A stretch of DNA of 64,000 nt from a virus, in the IMG/VR virus record IMGVR_UViG_3300037395_000062, positions 30,110-94,109 of that record, one strand, 5' to 3'. The position numbers and the translations under genes are program-made. This document shows, in pieces, positions 34,470-43,472 of this stretch. Every line of letters begins with the position of its first letter. Position 1 is the first letter of the stretch. Under the pieces are notes generated by a model. The model saw only the letters and a program-made list of their open reading frames with translations, searched no databases and was not told where the DNA came from.

Positions 34470-34880
34470 ATGAGTATATATAAAAGCACCACCATCCATC
34501 TCGGCCGCAAAAGCAACATGCTTCGCGTTGAAGCACCGGGATGCATCGTCAATATCAGTGCCAGATTGACTGACAGTGAAGGACGCCAGGTCGTACGCGT
34601 CGAAGTCAGTGCCGCTGGCGACCGCTACATAGGCGATCCGCAGTGGTGGCTGGAAGGTGAGGCTGGCAACTGGGGACGCGCACTGCGCGTCGTCCAGACC
34701 GACACGCCCACGCTGACTATGCATCCGTTGAATACTGTCGAATGCCTCGAGATCGCCGATCTGCTGAACAATCTGGTGAACTGGCATGCCAATCTTGGCG
34801 GCGACACGGATGCGCCATGCTGGGACGAAGCGCGACGACTACGCGATACGCTACGCGCCTTCATGCCTGCAACCGCGTAG
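34470..34880 (+). CDS. Hypothetical protein
   Basis: 136 aa LRVEAPGCIVNI... Confidence 0.6.
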   Translation: MSIYKSTTIHLGRKSNMLRVEAPGCIVNISARLTDSEGRQVVRVEVSAAGDRYIGDPQWWLEGEAGNWGRALRVVQTDTPTLTMHPLNTVECLEIADLLNNLVNWHANLGGDTDAPCWDEARRLRDTLRAFMPATA

Positions 34881-34917
34881 CGGAACGCTTCACACGAAAC
34901 CCAAAGGAACCGTCACT

Positions 34918-35235
34918 ATGACCCTCGACAAGAGCCAGATCACCCTGCTGTGCGACGCGATGCTTGGATACCGTTCGCTCGGCGTCGACTCGGAAGGCAG
35001 CGAGATCACCGCACCGGAGGCACCGGCGCTGACGGTAGCCGTCAAGGCGCTACTGGGCGACCTGACGCCGCTGCACGCCGCCGACGTGTCCCGCAAGCCC
35101 TACACGTCGTCTGGAGCCCGCGCCGCCGCCTTCGCGGACCTGTTGCGGACCCTGGCGGACGGAATCAGCCCGCGCGTCGATGTGAAAGCTGATGACGATC
35201 TCAGAAACCGTGAACGACGCGGCGTAACCGCGTAG
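34918..35235 (+). CDS. Hypothetical protein flanked by a 23-bp direct repeat
   Basis: AAAGGA RBS; AACCGCGTAGCGGAACGCTTCAC at 34871-34893 and 35226-35248. Confidence 0.6.
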   Translation: MTLDKSQITLLCDAMLGYRSLGVDSEGSEITAPEAPALTVAVKALLGDLTPLHAADVSRKPYTSSGARAAAFADLLRTLADGISPRVDVKADDDLRNRERRGVTA

Positions 35236-35271
35236 CGGAACGCTTCACGTGAAACACGATTGGAATCACAC

Positions 35272-35935
35272 ATGAAACTCGACAAGATCACCCCAAACGT
35301 GACGGGCTGGAGCGTCATACCGGACCTGAACGCTATCCGCAAAGAATGCAAGGCACGTCTCGGTCAACAGGCAGGCAATACCGCGGCGGACTCGCTTCGC
35401 GTCGATGGGTGGAAAGTAGCCCATGACATGCGCCTCGACGGACTGTCCGATGGTTTCGTATGCGAGCGTAAGAACCCGGACGGCTCGGTGGCATCGGTGT
35501 GCTGGACCGCCAGTATGATACGCTCCATGTACCCGCCGGTGAAACCGTGAACGACGCGGCGCGACTGATGCGACGGCAGATCCTCGCGAACGGCACGACG
35601 GTATTCTCGGTCCGCCAGGCCTCCGTCACGCCGTGGGTCGAGGTCTGCCGCGCCGCACCAAACAACCCATGGCAGCACGCCGATCTCGACCGCACCCAGA
35701 AGGCCTTCGAGACACCGCTGGTGCGGGATATCTTTTTCGATATTCTGGAGGAAACGACATGACTGACAAGACAGAGATACCCGCAAGAGGGATTCCTGCC
35801 CTATACGGCACCGGCAAGCCCGATCCACTCGAACGCATCGCGGTGGCGTTGGAGCGTATCGCGGATACGTCCATCGTGATCGGCGATATGATCGTCGAAG
35901 AGTTACGCCGAATCGCCGATCTCACGAAGAAGTGA
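35272..35935 (+). CDS. Three small coupled hypothetical ORFs (35272..35550; 35547..35762; 35759..35935)
   Basis: GTGA/ATGA overlaps. Confidence 0.55.
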
Positions 35936-35952
35936 TATATCCGACACCAGCC

Positions 35953-36002
35953 AAAGCAGCGGATGCGGCTTCGCGCCTGTTCGAGGCCGCATCCGCTGCT
36001 TT
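35953..36002. terminator. Bidirectional terminator between convergent units
   Basis: AAAGCAGCGGATGCGGCTTCG / CGAGGCCGCATCCGCTGCTTT, a 21-bp stem. Confidence 0.75.
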
Positions 36003-36031
36003 CAGGCCGGTTCGAGAAGATAAAAACCGGT

Positions 36032-36517
36032 CTAGACGGCCGTATCCAGCGTGATCCCGACCAGCGTCTCGTCGCCGTCCATCTCGCTGAACGCCTCCGC
36101 CTCCGCCATGCCCCTGATGTCCGCCGGCCAGTCGCGGAACGGCACCTTACGCCGCACCAGGTCGTCGAGCCGCTGGTACATCTCCGAGGCCGAACGCGCC
36201 GCGTCGATCGTCTCGCCGACCGTTCCGCCCGCCAAACTCCTCACTTCCGGGTCAATCGTCTCGCCCGCGTTGAACCACGGCGCCGGAACGCCGCGCGCGG
36301 TCTGCACCACGAACTTTATGCACTCCAGCCGCAGGGCATGGGCTATCTCCGCGGAGAACGCCAGGTCGCGCGCCAAAGTGACCAACTCCTCCTCGTACAT
36401 CTGCGCGCGAAATTGGGACTTGTTGATCCCTGGCAATGCGTTGTACCTGACGAGCCGGTCCCGCATCCGGTCCAACATCTGCTCGGGAGACATCCTTGCC
36501 GTCGATCGACGTCCCAT
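36032..36517 (-). CDS. Hypothetical helical protein (terminase small subunit candidate, unproven)
   Basis: 161 aa; no terS is evident next to terL. Confidence 0.5.
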   Translation of the reverse strand: MGRRSTARMSPEQMLDRMRDRLVRYNALPGINKSQFRAQMYEEELVTLARDLAFSAEIAHALRLECIKFVVQTARGVPAPWFNAGETIDPEVRSLAGGTVGETIDAARSASEMYQRLDDLVRRKVPFRDWPADIRGMAEAEAFSEMDGDETLVGITLDTAV

Positions 36518-36547
36518 TCGCAGAAAAACCTTTACAAACTTGAGACT

Positions 36548-36838
36548 ATGTCTCAGAAAATAATACAGGACCCTGTAGGCAACGATCCCTGGCTGAACAG
36601 CCGCAAGGCGTCACGCTACATCGGCACGTGCGCTAATACCATGGCTCAGTGGAGAGAGCGCGATATCGGGCCGCCCTACGTCAAGCTGCCGAGCGGTACG
36701 GTAAGCTATCGGCTCTCCGATCTCAATGCTTTCATGCTGAAGCGGTTGCACCAAACGACGCGTCTGCCTGCGCTGAGCAGTGGGCAGATACCCGTGCTGA
36801 GACACGGAAGCCAAGCCGGCAGACGGGAAGCCTCCTAG
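36548..36838 (+). CDS. MerR/AlpA/excisionase-type HTH protein
   Basis: WLNSRKASRYIG..NTMAQWR..GPPYVK..V.YRLSDL. Confidence 0.78.
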   Translation: MSQKIIQDPVGNDPWLNSRKASRYIGTCANTMAQWRERDIGPPYVKLPSGTVSYRLSDLNAFMLKRLHQTTRLPALSSGQIPVLRHGSQAGRREAS

Positions 36839-37597
36839 TCAGGTCCCTGGCGTCGGCGCCACGGTGCCAGCCGCCGCCGTCCCCGTGCCGTGCCGGTGCG
36901 TCTGCAGCCCAACCTGATCGCCGGTACCAGCGCCCGCCACCACCACGCCCGTCACCTCCCATCCCGCTGCCGTCAGCGTGGCCGTGGCGCCGCCCGCCAC
37001 CGCGAGCGTCAGGGTCTGCCCCGCCGGCACCGTGAACGTAGCACTCCCCGCCGCAGTGACCGCCAGCGAAAACCCGTTGGCCAGCGTCACCGCCAAGGGC
37101 ATCGCTCCGGGCGGTGAGGGGTTGCGCTGCGGCGCGGTGAACGTCGACGCCACTCGCTGCCCGTCCGGCTGCACGATGTGCCTGGTGGGTGCCGGCAGCG
37201 CCGTGCCCAGCAGCAGGCGGGAACCGTCCGCGAATACCTCGGCGACCGTGCCGTCCGGGCCGCGCCACGACCACCCCCCATCATAGTGCGCCGCGTAGTC
37301 GACGTTCCCCTGCCCCGGCGTCATCGTCGAGGCGTCGGGCTGCGCCGGCTCCTGGGCGCCTAGCCACCGGCCGGTGCGGTCGTCCCCCCGGGTGAACGCC
37401 ACGAGCCCGCGCGTGCCGGGCTGCGGCAGGGGTGGACGCCGTCCCCGCACCGCGTCGCGGGGGCCGTGCGTCAGGACATCGACCGGGATGTAGGGGATCT
37501 GCCCGCCGAACAGGTCGATCGTCACGATGAGCCGGTACTGGTCCGGCACTTGGGCGGTGACCGTGGCGTCGCACAGTGATGGTAGGTTCCTGCTCAT
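36839..37597 (-). CDS. Baseplate central spike (gpV/gp5-like)
   Basis: OB-fold-like N-terminus (LPQPGTRGLVAF..W), beta-rich repeats, and a C-terminal LQTHRH HxH metal-binding tip. Confidence 0.72.
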   Translation of the reverse strand: MSRNLPSLCDATVTAQVPDQYRLIVTIDLFGGQIPYIPVDVLTHGPRDAVRGRRPPLPQPGTRGLVAFTRGDDRTGRWLGAQEPAQPDASTMTPGQGNVDYAAHYDGGWSWRGPDGTVAEVFADGSRLLLGTALPAPTRHIVQPDGQRVASTFTAPQRNPSPPGAMPLAVTLANGFSLAVTAAGSATFTVPAGQTLTLAVAGGATATLTAAGWEVTGVVVAGAGTGDQVGLQTHRHGTGTAAAGTVAPTPGT

Positions 37598-37669
37598 GGT
37601 CGCGAGCCTACCGCCGTCCACGCCGCCGCGCAACACATCCCTGCGCGAACCCCAGGAGGGGGGCAAATC

Positions 37670-37865
37670 TCTGCAACCCTAGGGATGCAGGGGAGCAGGG
37701 GCAAAAGGGGATGAATCCTACCAAGGAATCCGCAAGTGTCACGTTACGCATATGTTACATGTGTTTATAACAATCATTACACATACATAATATTGACAGT
37801 TTGAAAGTGCCGGGATGTAAAATGCCCCTTTTGCCCCTGCACCCCTGCATCCCTATGGTTGCAGA
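37670..37865. repeat. 41-bp inverted repeat around a 114-bp AT-rich spacer (origin candidate)
   Basis: 37670-37710 versus 37825-37865, 2 mismatches; just past the primase 3' end. Confidence 0.9.
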
Positions 37866-37981
37866 ATACAACTTAAAGTTGATATTCGCCATATTACTAA
37901 GCAACAAACAATGAAATACACGCGCTCCGAGCGAAACGCATGATTCAACCTACGATAGAAATACTTTTTAAGATTCGACGG

Positions 37982-40720
37982 TCAGGTGACCAGGCGGAGA
38001 TCCGGTCTGACGCGGGTGACCTGCCACAGCATGGTCTTGGTGCGGTCGGCCCCGCCGTTGACGAATCGCATGCCGCCTACGACGCGTCCCGCGTTGGCCG
38101 TCAGCCATCGTCCGAGCTTGGCGGAATCGACTGCGCCGCGCACGCCACCCGCGCGCAGCATGGCATCCATGAAGGATGAACGGTTGACCGCTTCCTCCGC
38201 CGCGCCGTCCGCGACCGCCGCAAGCGCACCCATGCCTGCCGCCCCCGACAGCGTCACGTCGACCGCCTCCTTGACCGTGCAGGTCTTGTCGGTCCCGAAA
38301 CGGGATACCCATCCCGACAGCATGTCGCGCAGCAGCCGCAGATCCGGGTCGTCGCGCCGCGCCCTCTCCATCGCCTCGCCCGGGTCGTCGTAGCCGAGCC
38401 AGACCATGGCGCCCCGGACGTGCCGGCTCCACTCCTCGTAGGATCCGATCGGCGGCAGTCCGCGAGCCCCCGGGAACCCGGCCGCCGCGTGCGCGGCCAG
38501 CACGGTGAGTGCCGCCGCCACGTAAGGGCCGCGGTCCGCCTCGACCGTGCGCACCGGATCGAACGTGAACGTCCGCGTCTCGGGGCGCTCCACGGCCGCG
38601 TCCAGGCGGCAGGGCAGGGTGCGCCTGACCAGGTCGCCGCTGAGTCGCAATCCGTTGCCGTTGGCCGCGAACAGCGCTCGGCTTTCGATCTCGATGATCG
38701 CCGAGGAACCGAGCAGCCGTAGCCTTATCGTGTCGCGCTCCACGGCCTGGTTGAGCACGTCGGAGCGGATCGTGCCGTTGACGTTGTCGATCGACACTAT
38801 GGGGTAGCCTGCCGCGATCAGTCCGACGAGGCGCTTGTCGAACTCCTCCGGTGAATCCCCGACCGATGCGGCCGGCGCCCGCCGTCCGGTGGCGATCGCG
38901 GAAGCCAGGTCGATGAGGTGCGACTTGCCGCTGCCGGCGTCGGTCGCCGATACCGCGAAGATCGGCGCGAGCGGTACGCTGCCGCGGCATACCGCCGTCA
39001 GCAGTAGCGCCAGGCCGACCGATCTGTCTTCCTGGGCCACGAACGGAAATCCCGCGAGCAATCCGTCGAGAAGTGCCGCTCCCAGGACTGCATCCGAGCG
39101 GACCGCGGGCCGCTCGTTCCAGCCGTCCGGCATCCGTAGCCCGTCGTCGGCGATTCGGTGCAGCCAGGTGCCGCGGTCGAATCCGGCGCCGGACGCGATG
39201 CTGCCGTCCTCCCTCATGACCGGGGTGGATACCACGCCGACGACGGACGGGAACGCCCTGGGCGCGGGACGCTCCAGCAGCACGGCGACCACTTCGGTGG
39301 GTGGATCGCAAGCCACCAGCCTCTTCGCCCTGGCATCCCACCGGCACCAGTCGGCGCACCGCGACAGCAAGTCCCGGAGCGCCGCCGGGCCGAGCGTCTG
39401 CAGCCCGACCGCGATGGCGTTGGCGCCTCCGCGCGTGCGCACGGTATGCGCCGTCGGCGTCACCAGCGAACCGCCGCGCACGTAGACCGGCACGCCCGCG
39501 GCAAGCAGGGCCTGCTCCGCCATGTCGGCGGTCTCCGCGAGGTGCCCGGCCTTCACCTGTATGACCGGCCGCCCGTCCGGGTTGGAACGCCGTCCGCAAT
39601 CGGCACGCATGAACCCGTCCGACGCACCGATCGGTCTGGGATCGATCGACGACAGTCCCGCCACGGTCGGCAGCGCATCCATCGTCACCTCCTCCGGACC
39701 GGTCGGTGCGCGTTCCCATGCGCGCTGCCACTGCCGTCCGCCGGATGCGCCGAGGTTCTCGGACATCCACTCCGCGGTCATGGGATGTGTCGACAGCGCG
39801 GAGCGGGCCTCGTCTTCGTCGACGCCGGACCGCTTCAGCAGCATGGCGAGCCGGAACGCGACAGCCGAGCGCGATCGGTCGACGCCCAGCCCCGACGTGT
39901 CGCCTGACCACAGTTGCGCCAGCGCCGGGTCGCGCGACAGTGCGTCCGTTATCGATGCGCTTGACGTGCCGGTGTTTCCGTTGGATATCGCGGGTCGGGA
40001 CTCGCTGAAGGCCCCCGCGCCGGCCGCCGCATCCGTTGTCGTCTCCCCGGCGATAGCGGGTGCGGCGGCTTCGATTCCGGTCAGCATCGGCGGCACCTCG
40101 CGCGCCATCGCAGCGAACCGGCCCGCATTCATGAATCCGAGCGTCATGCGTTCCGGGTACAGCGCCTCGCCGGTCACCGCGAAGAACCGGCGCTCGACGT
40201 ATATCTCCATCCCCGGGGCGTGCCGGACGGTGGATCCGTCTGCGTTGCGTCTCTTCCATTGCCGTCCCGTGCCGGACGCCTGCATGCCGAGTGCCGTCCT
40301 GATCGCCCCCAGGTCGGCGGTCGGATAGCAGGCGAACTGCTTGATCCCCGTTCCGCTGGGCGACATCTCGGTAAAACCGGGACACAGGGACATCCCGGCC
40401 AGCGCCCATGCCTCGATGCCGCCTGCGCCGATGCAGGAATCGTAGTCGATGCCGGCGAGCGACCAGCCGTTGCCCAGGTCGCCGAGGTATATCCCGACCC
40501 CGCCCGTGCCCAGCGGCCTCTCCAGCGATCCCGCCGCCGCCGTCGCCTCGGCGAACGTCAGCCATGAGTTCGGGTTGTCCGCCTGGGACTTGATTCCCGG
40601 TGCGCGGTAGGGGATCTTGGTGGGACGCTTGCGGTCGGATGGTTGTTCGGTCTGCCATGCGGTCCACCGCCGGAGGCCGTGTAGCGCGGACAGCGGCGGC
40701 AGGATCGGGTCGTCCGTCAT
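37982..40720 (-). CDS. PrimPol (NrS-1-like) primase-helicase
   Basis: WTAW..KIPY..GVGIYL..GIDYD..EMSPSGTG..EIY..RFFAVTG, plus a C-terminal P-loop GSGKS..SIDN..ANGN. Confidence 0.85.
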   Translation of the reverse strand: MTDDPILPPLSALHGLRRWTAWQTEQPSDRKRPTKIPYRAPGIKSQADNPNSWLTFAEATAAAGSLERPLGTGGVGIYLGDLGNGWSLAGIDYDSCIGAGGIEAWALAGMSLCPGFTEMSPSGTGIKQFACYPTADLGAIRTALGMQASGTGRQWKRRNADGSTVRHAPGMEIYVERRFFAVTGEALYPERMTLGFMNAGRFAAMAREVPPMLTGIEAAAPAIAGETTTDAAAGAGAFSESRPAISNGNTGTSSASITDALSRDPALAQLWSGDTSGLGVDRSRSAVAFRLAMLLKRSGVDEDEARSALSTHPMTAEWMSENLGASGGRQWQRAWERAPTGPEEVTMDALPTVAGLSSIDPRPIGASDGFMRADCGRRSNPDGRPVIQVKAGHLAETADMAEQALLAAGVPVYVRGGSLVTPTAHTVRTRGGANAIAVGLQTLGPAALRDLLSRCADWCRWDARAKRLVACDPPTEVVAVLLERPAPRAFPSVVGVVSTPVMREDGSIASGAGFDRGTWLHRIADDGLRMPDGWNERPAVRSDAVLGAALLDGLLAGFPFVAQEDRSVGLALLLTAVCRGSVPLAPIFAVSATDAGSGKSHLIDLASAIATGRRAPAASVGDSPEEFDKRLVGLIAAGYPIVSIDNVNGTIRSDVLNQAVERDTIRLRLLGSSAIIEIESRALFAANGNGLRLSGDLVRRTLPCRLDAAVERPETRTFTFDPVRTVEADRGPYVAAALTVLAAHAAAGFPGARGLPPIGSYEEWSRHVRGAMVWLGYDDPGEAMERARRDDPDLRLLRDMLSGWVSRFGTDKTCTVKEAVDVTLSGAAGMGALAAVADGAAEEAVNRSSFMDAMLRAGGVRGAVDSAKLGRWLTANAGRVVGGMRFVNGGADRTKTMLWQVTRVRPDLRLVT

Positions 40721-41934
40721 GGGCGGCACTCCATGAACGCCTTGATCACTTCGACGGCGACCTGTGGCACGATGGCGTTGCCGAATCCGCGCCATACCCC
40801 TACACGGCTGATCAACGTTTTGTCGTCTTGAAGCGTGGTTGAGGCTTGTCCGAGGGCGCGAGCCAAAGCCACTCTTCCGGAAACCCCATCAACCAGCAGG
40901 GGAATGCCGGGTTTGGCGCGCCGCGTTTTGCCGTCGTGGCAGGCGATGCGCTCCGCGCCGGACCAGAAGCCGTCGCCTGCATCTGTTCGTTCAGGGGTCT
41001 CGCGTTCCTGTCGTGCGTCGCTTGACTGGCCTTCCCCGAGCGGCCGTCCCGTGCCGTGGGTGTCGCCCATGCCGCGACCGGTTGCGCTTTCATCATGACG
41101 GCCAGGGACGTAATCGCTGTTCGGTTCGCATGCGACCCATCTCGCTCGCCCATGCGCTGCTTCATCGCAAGATGGGCTTCCACTGACTTGTTGTCCTCCG
41201 ATGCGCATGGCGTCGGCCAACTCGCGATTGCCACCATGGCGTCGTTCAGGTTGCTGCGGGGGCCATTCAGGGATTGGGCACCCTTGAACCGTTCCGGCAT
41301 ACCTTGCCGATGATCCGATTCCTTCGGCGTTGGCCAACTCGTCGAAATCATCTGCGTAGCCAAGCCGTCCCCGCTGTATTTCGACGCGCCCTTGCGATTG
41401 TAGTTCCCGTGCAGCGTTGGTGTCGTCCACGCCGATCCACCATAGCCTGTCTCGCCGCTGCGGTGCGTCGACGGCACAAGATGGGACAACGGCCGCCCGG
41501 AAGGCGTATCCTTCACCTTCCATGTCAGATCGAACTCCGTCGAGCCAATGCGTGCCAGCCGCTCGCGCAACCTGCTCTCCCATGACGACAGCGGGCCGCC
41601 GGGCACGGACGAGGCGAAACATGTGGGGCCATAGGTGCCTTGGATCGTCTCGGCCACGTTTTTTGCCTGCGATGCTTTCGCCTTGGCAGGGACACGAGCC
41701 TGTCCAGACCTCGCGCTCGTCGGGCCATCCGGCGCATCGCAGTGCCCACGGCCATCCCGCGATTCCGGCGAAGAAATGGCACTGCCGGTATCCTCGCAGG
41801 TCGTCCGGCTGTACGTCGGCGATGCTTCGGTCATCCACGTCCCCATCCATGATCATCGCCGCACCGATCAGGTTCCTGATCCATTGCGCGGCGAACGGAT
41901 CGTTTTCGTTGTAGTACGCGCGTGGTACCGTCAT
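40717..41934 (-). CDS. C5-cytosine DNA methyltransferase, alpha polypeptide
   Basis: FFAGIAG (motif I), GSCPCQ (IV), GEQV (VI), APQRRDRL (VIII), GFGNAIVPQ (X). Confidence 0.88.
   Translation of the reverse strand: MTVPRAYYNENDPFAAQWIRNLIGAAMIMDGDVDDRSIADVQPDDLRGYRQCHFFAGIAGWPWALRCAGWPDEREVWTGSCPCQGESIAGKKRGRDDPRHLWPHMFRLVRARRPAVVMGEQVARAAGTHWLDGVRSDMEGEGYAFRAAVVPSCAVDAPQRRDRLWWIGVDDTNAARELQSQGRVEIQRGRLGYADDFDELANAEGIGSSARYAGTVQGCPIPEWPPQQPERRHGGNRELADAMRIGGQQVSGSPSCDEAAHGRARWVACEPNSDYVPGRHDESATGRGMGDTHGTGRPLGEGQSSDARQERETPERTDAGDGFWSGAERIACHDGKTRRAKPGIPLLVDGVSGRVALARALGQASTTLQDDKTLISRVGVWRGFGNAIVPQVAVEVIKAFMECRP
40812..41846 (-). CDS. Overlapping alternative-frame polypeptide (beta subunit) with four W-x-T-P repeats and a motif-IX-like end
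   Basis: WTTPT, WPTPK, WPTPC and WATPT repeats, ending NPAFPCWLMGFPEEW. The start is uncertain. Confidence 0.7.
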   Translation of the reverse strand: MGTWMTEASPTYSRTTCEDTGSAISSPESRDGRGHCDAPDGPTSARSGQARVPAKAKASQAKNVAETIQGTYGPTCFASSVPGGPLSSWESRLRERLARIGSTEFDLTWKVKDTPSGRPLSHLVPSTHRSGETGYGGSAWTTPTLHGNYNRKGASKYSGDGLATQMISTSWPTPKESDHRQGMPERFKGAQSLNGPRSNLNDAMVAIASWPTPCASEDNKSVEAHLAMKQRMGERDGSHANRTAITSLAVMMKAQPVAAWATPTARDGRSGKASQATHDRNARPLNEQMQATASGPARSASPATTAKRGAPNPAFPCWLMGFPEEWLWLAPSDKPQPRFKTTKR

Positions 41935-41939
41935 CGTCT

Positions 41940-42383
41940 CTACAGCCCCAGTTCGGCGCGCAGGCCGGGCCGAGCGACCTCCGCGGCGTCGATCAGCGAC
42001 ATCAGGGCGGCGTGCTGGCGAGGCAGCAGCCGAAGCGTCACCCGAGCCTCCGGTGGCAGCGCGTGCAGCAGCATGTAGCGCCCGATCCGGATCGAACGGA
42101 TGACGGCGATACTGCCGGTCGACCGCAGTGCGCGGCGCAGATTACATATCTGCACGTCGACTGATTCCGGGCTGGTGGGATGGATGCGCACCTTGCACGC
42201 CTCGTGCAGCGCGTCCTTACGTATCGCCTCGCCGGAGCGGAGCATCAGGATGCGCAACAGTTTCGTCTCGGCGGGACTCAGCTTCGCCCAGTCGCGCGGA
42301 CCCGTCACGATGCGATCGGCGACGTTCAGCGTGAGATCGGCGGTGGCGACGGTCGCCGTCTCCTCGATCGGAAGGAGGTTCAC
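41940..42383 (-). CDS. Stand-alone OmpR-type winged helix, CtrA-like DNA-binding domain
   Basis: DLTLN..LSPAETKLLRILMLRSG..VDVQICNLRRAL..IRSIRIGRY; no receiver domain. Confidence 0.75.
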   Translation of the reverse strand: MNLLPIEETATVATADLTLNVADRIVTGPRDWAKLSPAETKLLRILMLRSGEAIRKDALHEACKVRIHPTSPESVDVQICNLRRALRSTGSIAVIRSIRIGRYMLLHALPPEARVTLRLLPRQHAALMSLIDAAEVARPGLRAELGL

Positions 42384-42568
42384 CGCGGCACCGCCGGTGC
42401 GGCGTCGCCTCCGTTCGGCTCGGGTTCGGTATCAAGCGGGACCGTGATGCGCAGCGCCACGTCGCCGGGGCCTACGTAGGACTTCAGTGCCTCCGTTATC
42501 CGCCCGCGCAGCCATGCGGCCACGGCGTCGGTATCGTCCGGTTGGTCGTTCGTTCCTGGGATCGTCAT
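42380..42568 (-). CDS. Hypothetical protein
   Basis: MTIPGTND..., coupled to the wHTH gene. Confidence 0.45.
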   Translation of the reverse strand: MTIPGTNDQPDDTDAVAAWLRGRITEALKSYVGPGDVALRITVPLDTEPEPNGGDAAPAVPR

Positions 42569-42810
42569 CTTGGCGCCGCCTCGCACGTCTTGACGCGTAG
42601 GCAGGGGACGGCTACCTGTGGTGCCGGGCCCCAACGTCGGACCGCCACCGCTTGGTGCCCTTCCACCGAATGCCGCCGCATCGGGTTGAGCGAAGGGGCT
42701 GGGACCGCCGTTCCGGCCCCTTCGCATGAAGGCGGCGAACATCGCTCTCCGCCCGCGCATCTGTCAATAGCGCCGGTCCGACCGTTTCTGTTTTCGCGCG
42801 TGTCGATTTT

Positions 42811-42823
42811 TGTTGCTTCGTTG
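42811..42823. promoter_or_regulatory. 13-bp motif TGTTGCTTCGTTG (also at 46367, 49242, 58835)
   Basis: Four identical intergenic copies overlapping promoter-like elements. Confidence 0.75.
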
Positions 42824-42854
42824 TCAAACGCGCTATATACTGGACGCCGTGAGG

Positions 42855-43312
42855 ATGGAGAAACAAAGCATGCCGCAGAGGGACCTGTCGTCGCTGGATC
42901 GGATCAATGCGGCACTCGCCGATCCGCTGAACGCGCTCGACGGCGATAACGTCACGGTGTCTGGCAGCGACCTGGCCGACGTGGTGACCCGCTTTGATGC
43001 GATCGCGAAGGCGCTGGGTGATGTGGCGAGCCCGTCGTTCCGGGGGGTGCCCGAGATGCGGCGGATCGCACGGGATGCGCTGATGGCGAACGTCAGGATG
43101 TACGGAAGCTTCAATGGGGAGCGGGTTTGATGGGCGACGTTAGATTTCGGCGCACGGTGACGACTACCACGCGAACCGTGATCGGCTACACGCAGGAGGA
43201 AGTCGAAGCCATCGTGCTGGCGCACGCCGTGCGTGAACACCCTGCTTTCATGTGTGGCGGCAGACACGACGCCTGCCGCCCTATAACCGCCTACTGGCTA
43301 TCCGGAAATTAG
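42855..43312 (+). CDS. Two small hypothetical ORFs (42855..43130; 43127..43312)
   Basis: Downstream of a divergent promoter region; overlap coupling. Confidence 0.5.
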
Positions 43313-43472
43313 TGTGGAATGGTCATGCGGAAACTTTCGCCTGCTCGCCTACGGGTTGTATCTTTGGCTGGCCGAACTGGCTCGTGGCGGCCTCAATCCG
43401 CTTGCGAGCGATGTCCAAGTAGCTAGGGGCGATCTCGATGCCGATGAAGAACTGCCGCTCTGAGGAGAATTC

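Noticed and set aside
37968-40667. 899-aa alternative-frame ORF over the primase
   Set aside because: Arg/Gly-rich with no motifs; the expected shadow frame of high-GC3 coding, unlike the MTase beta frame.
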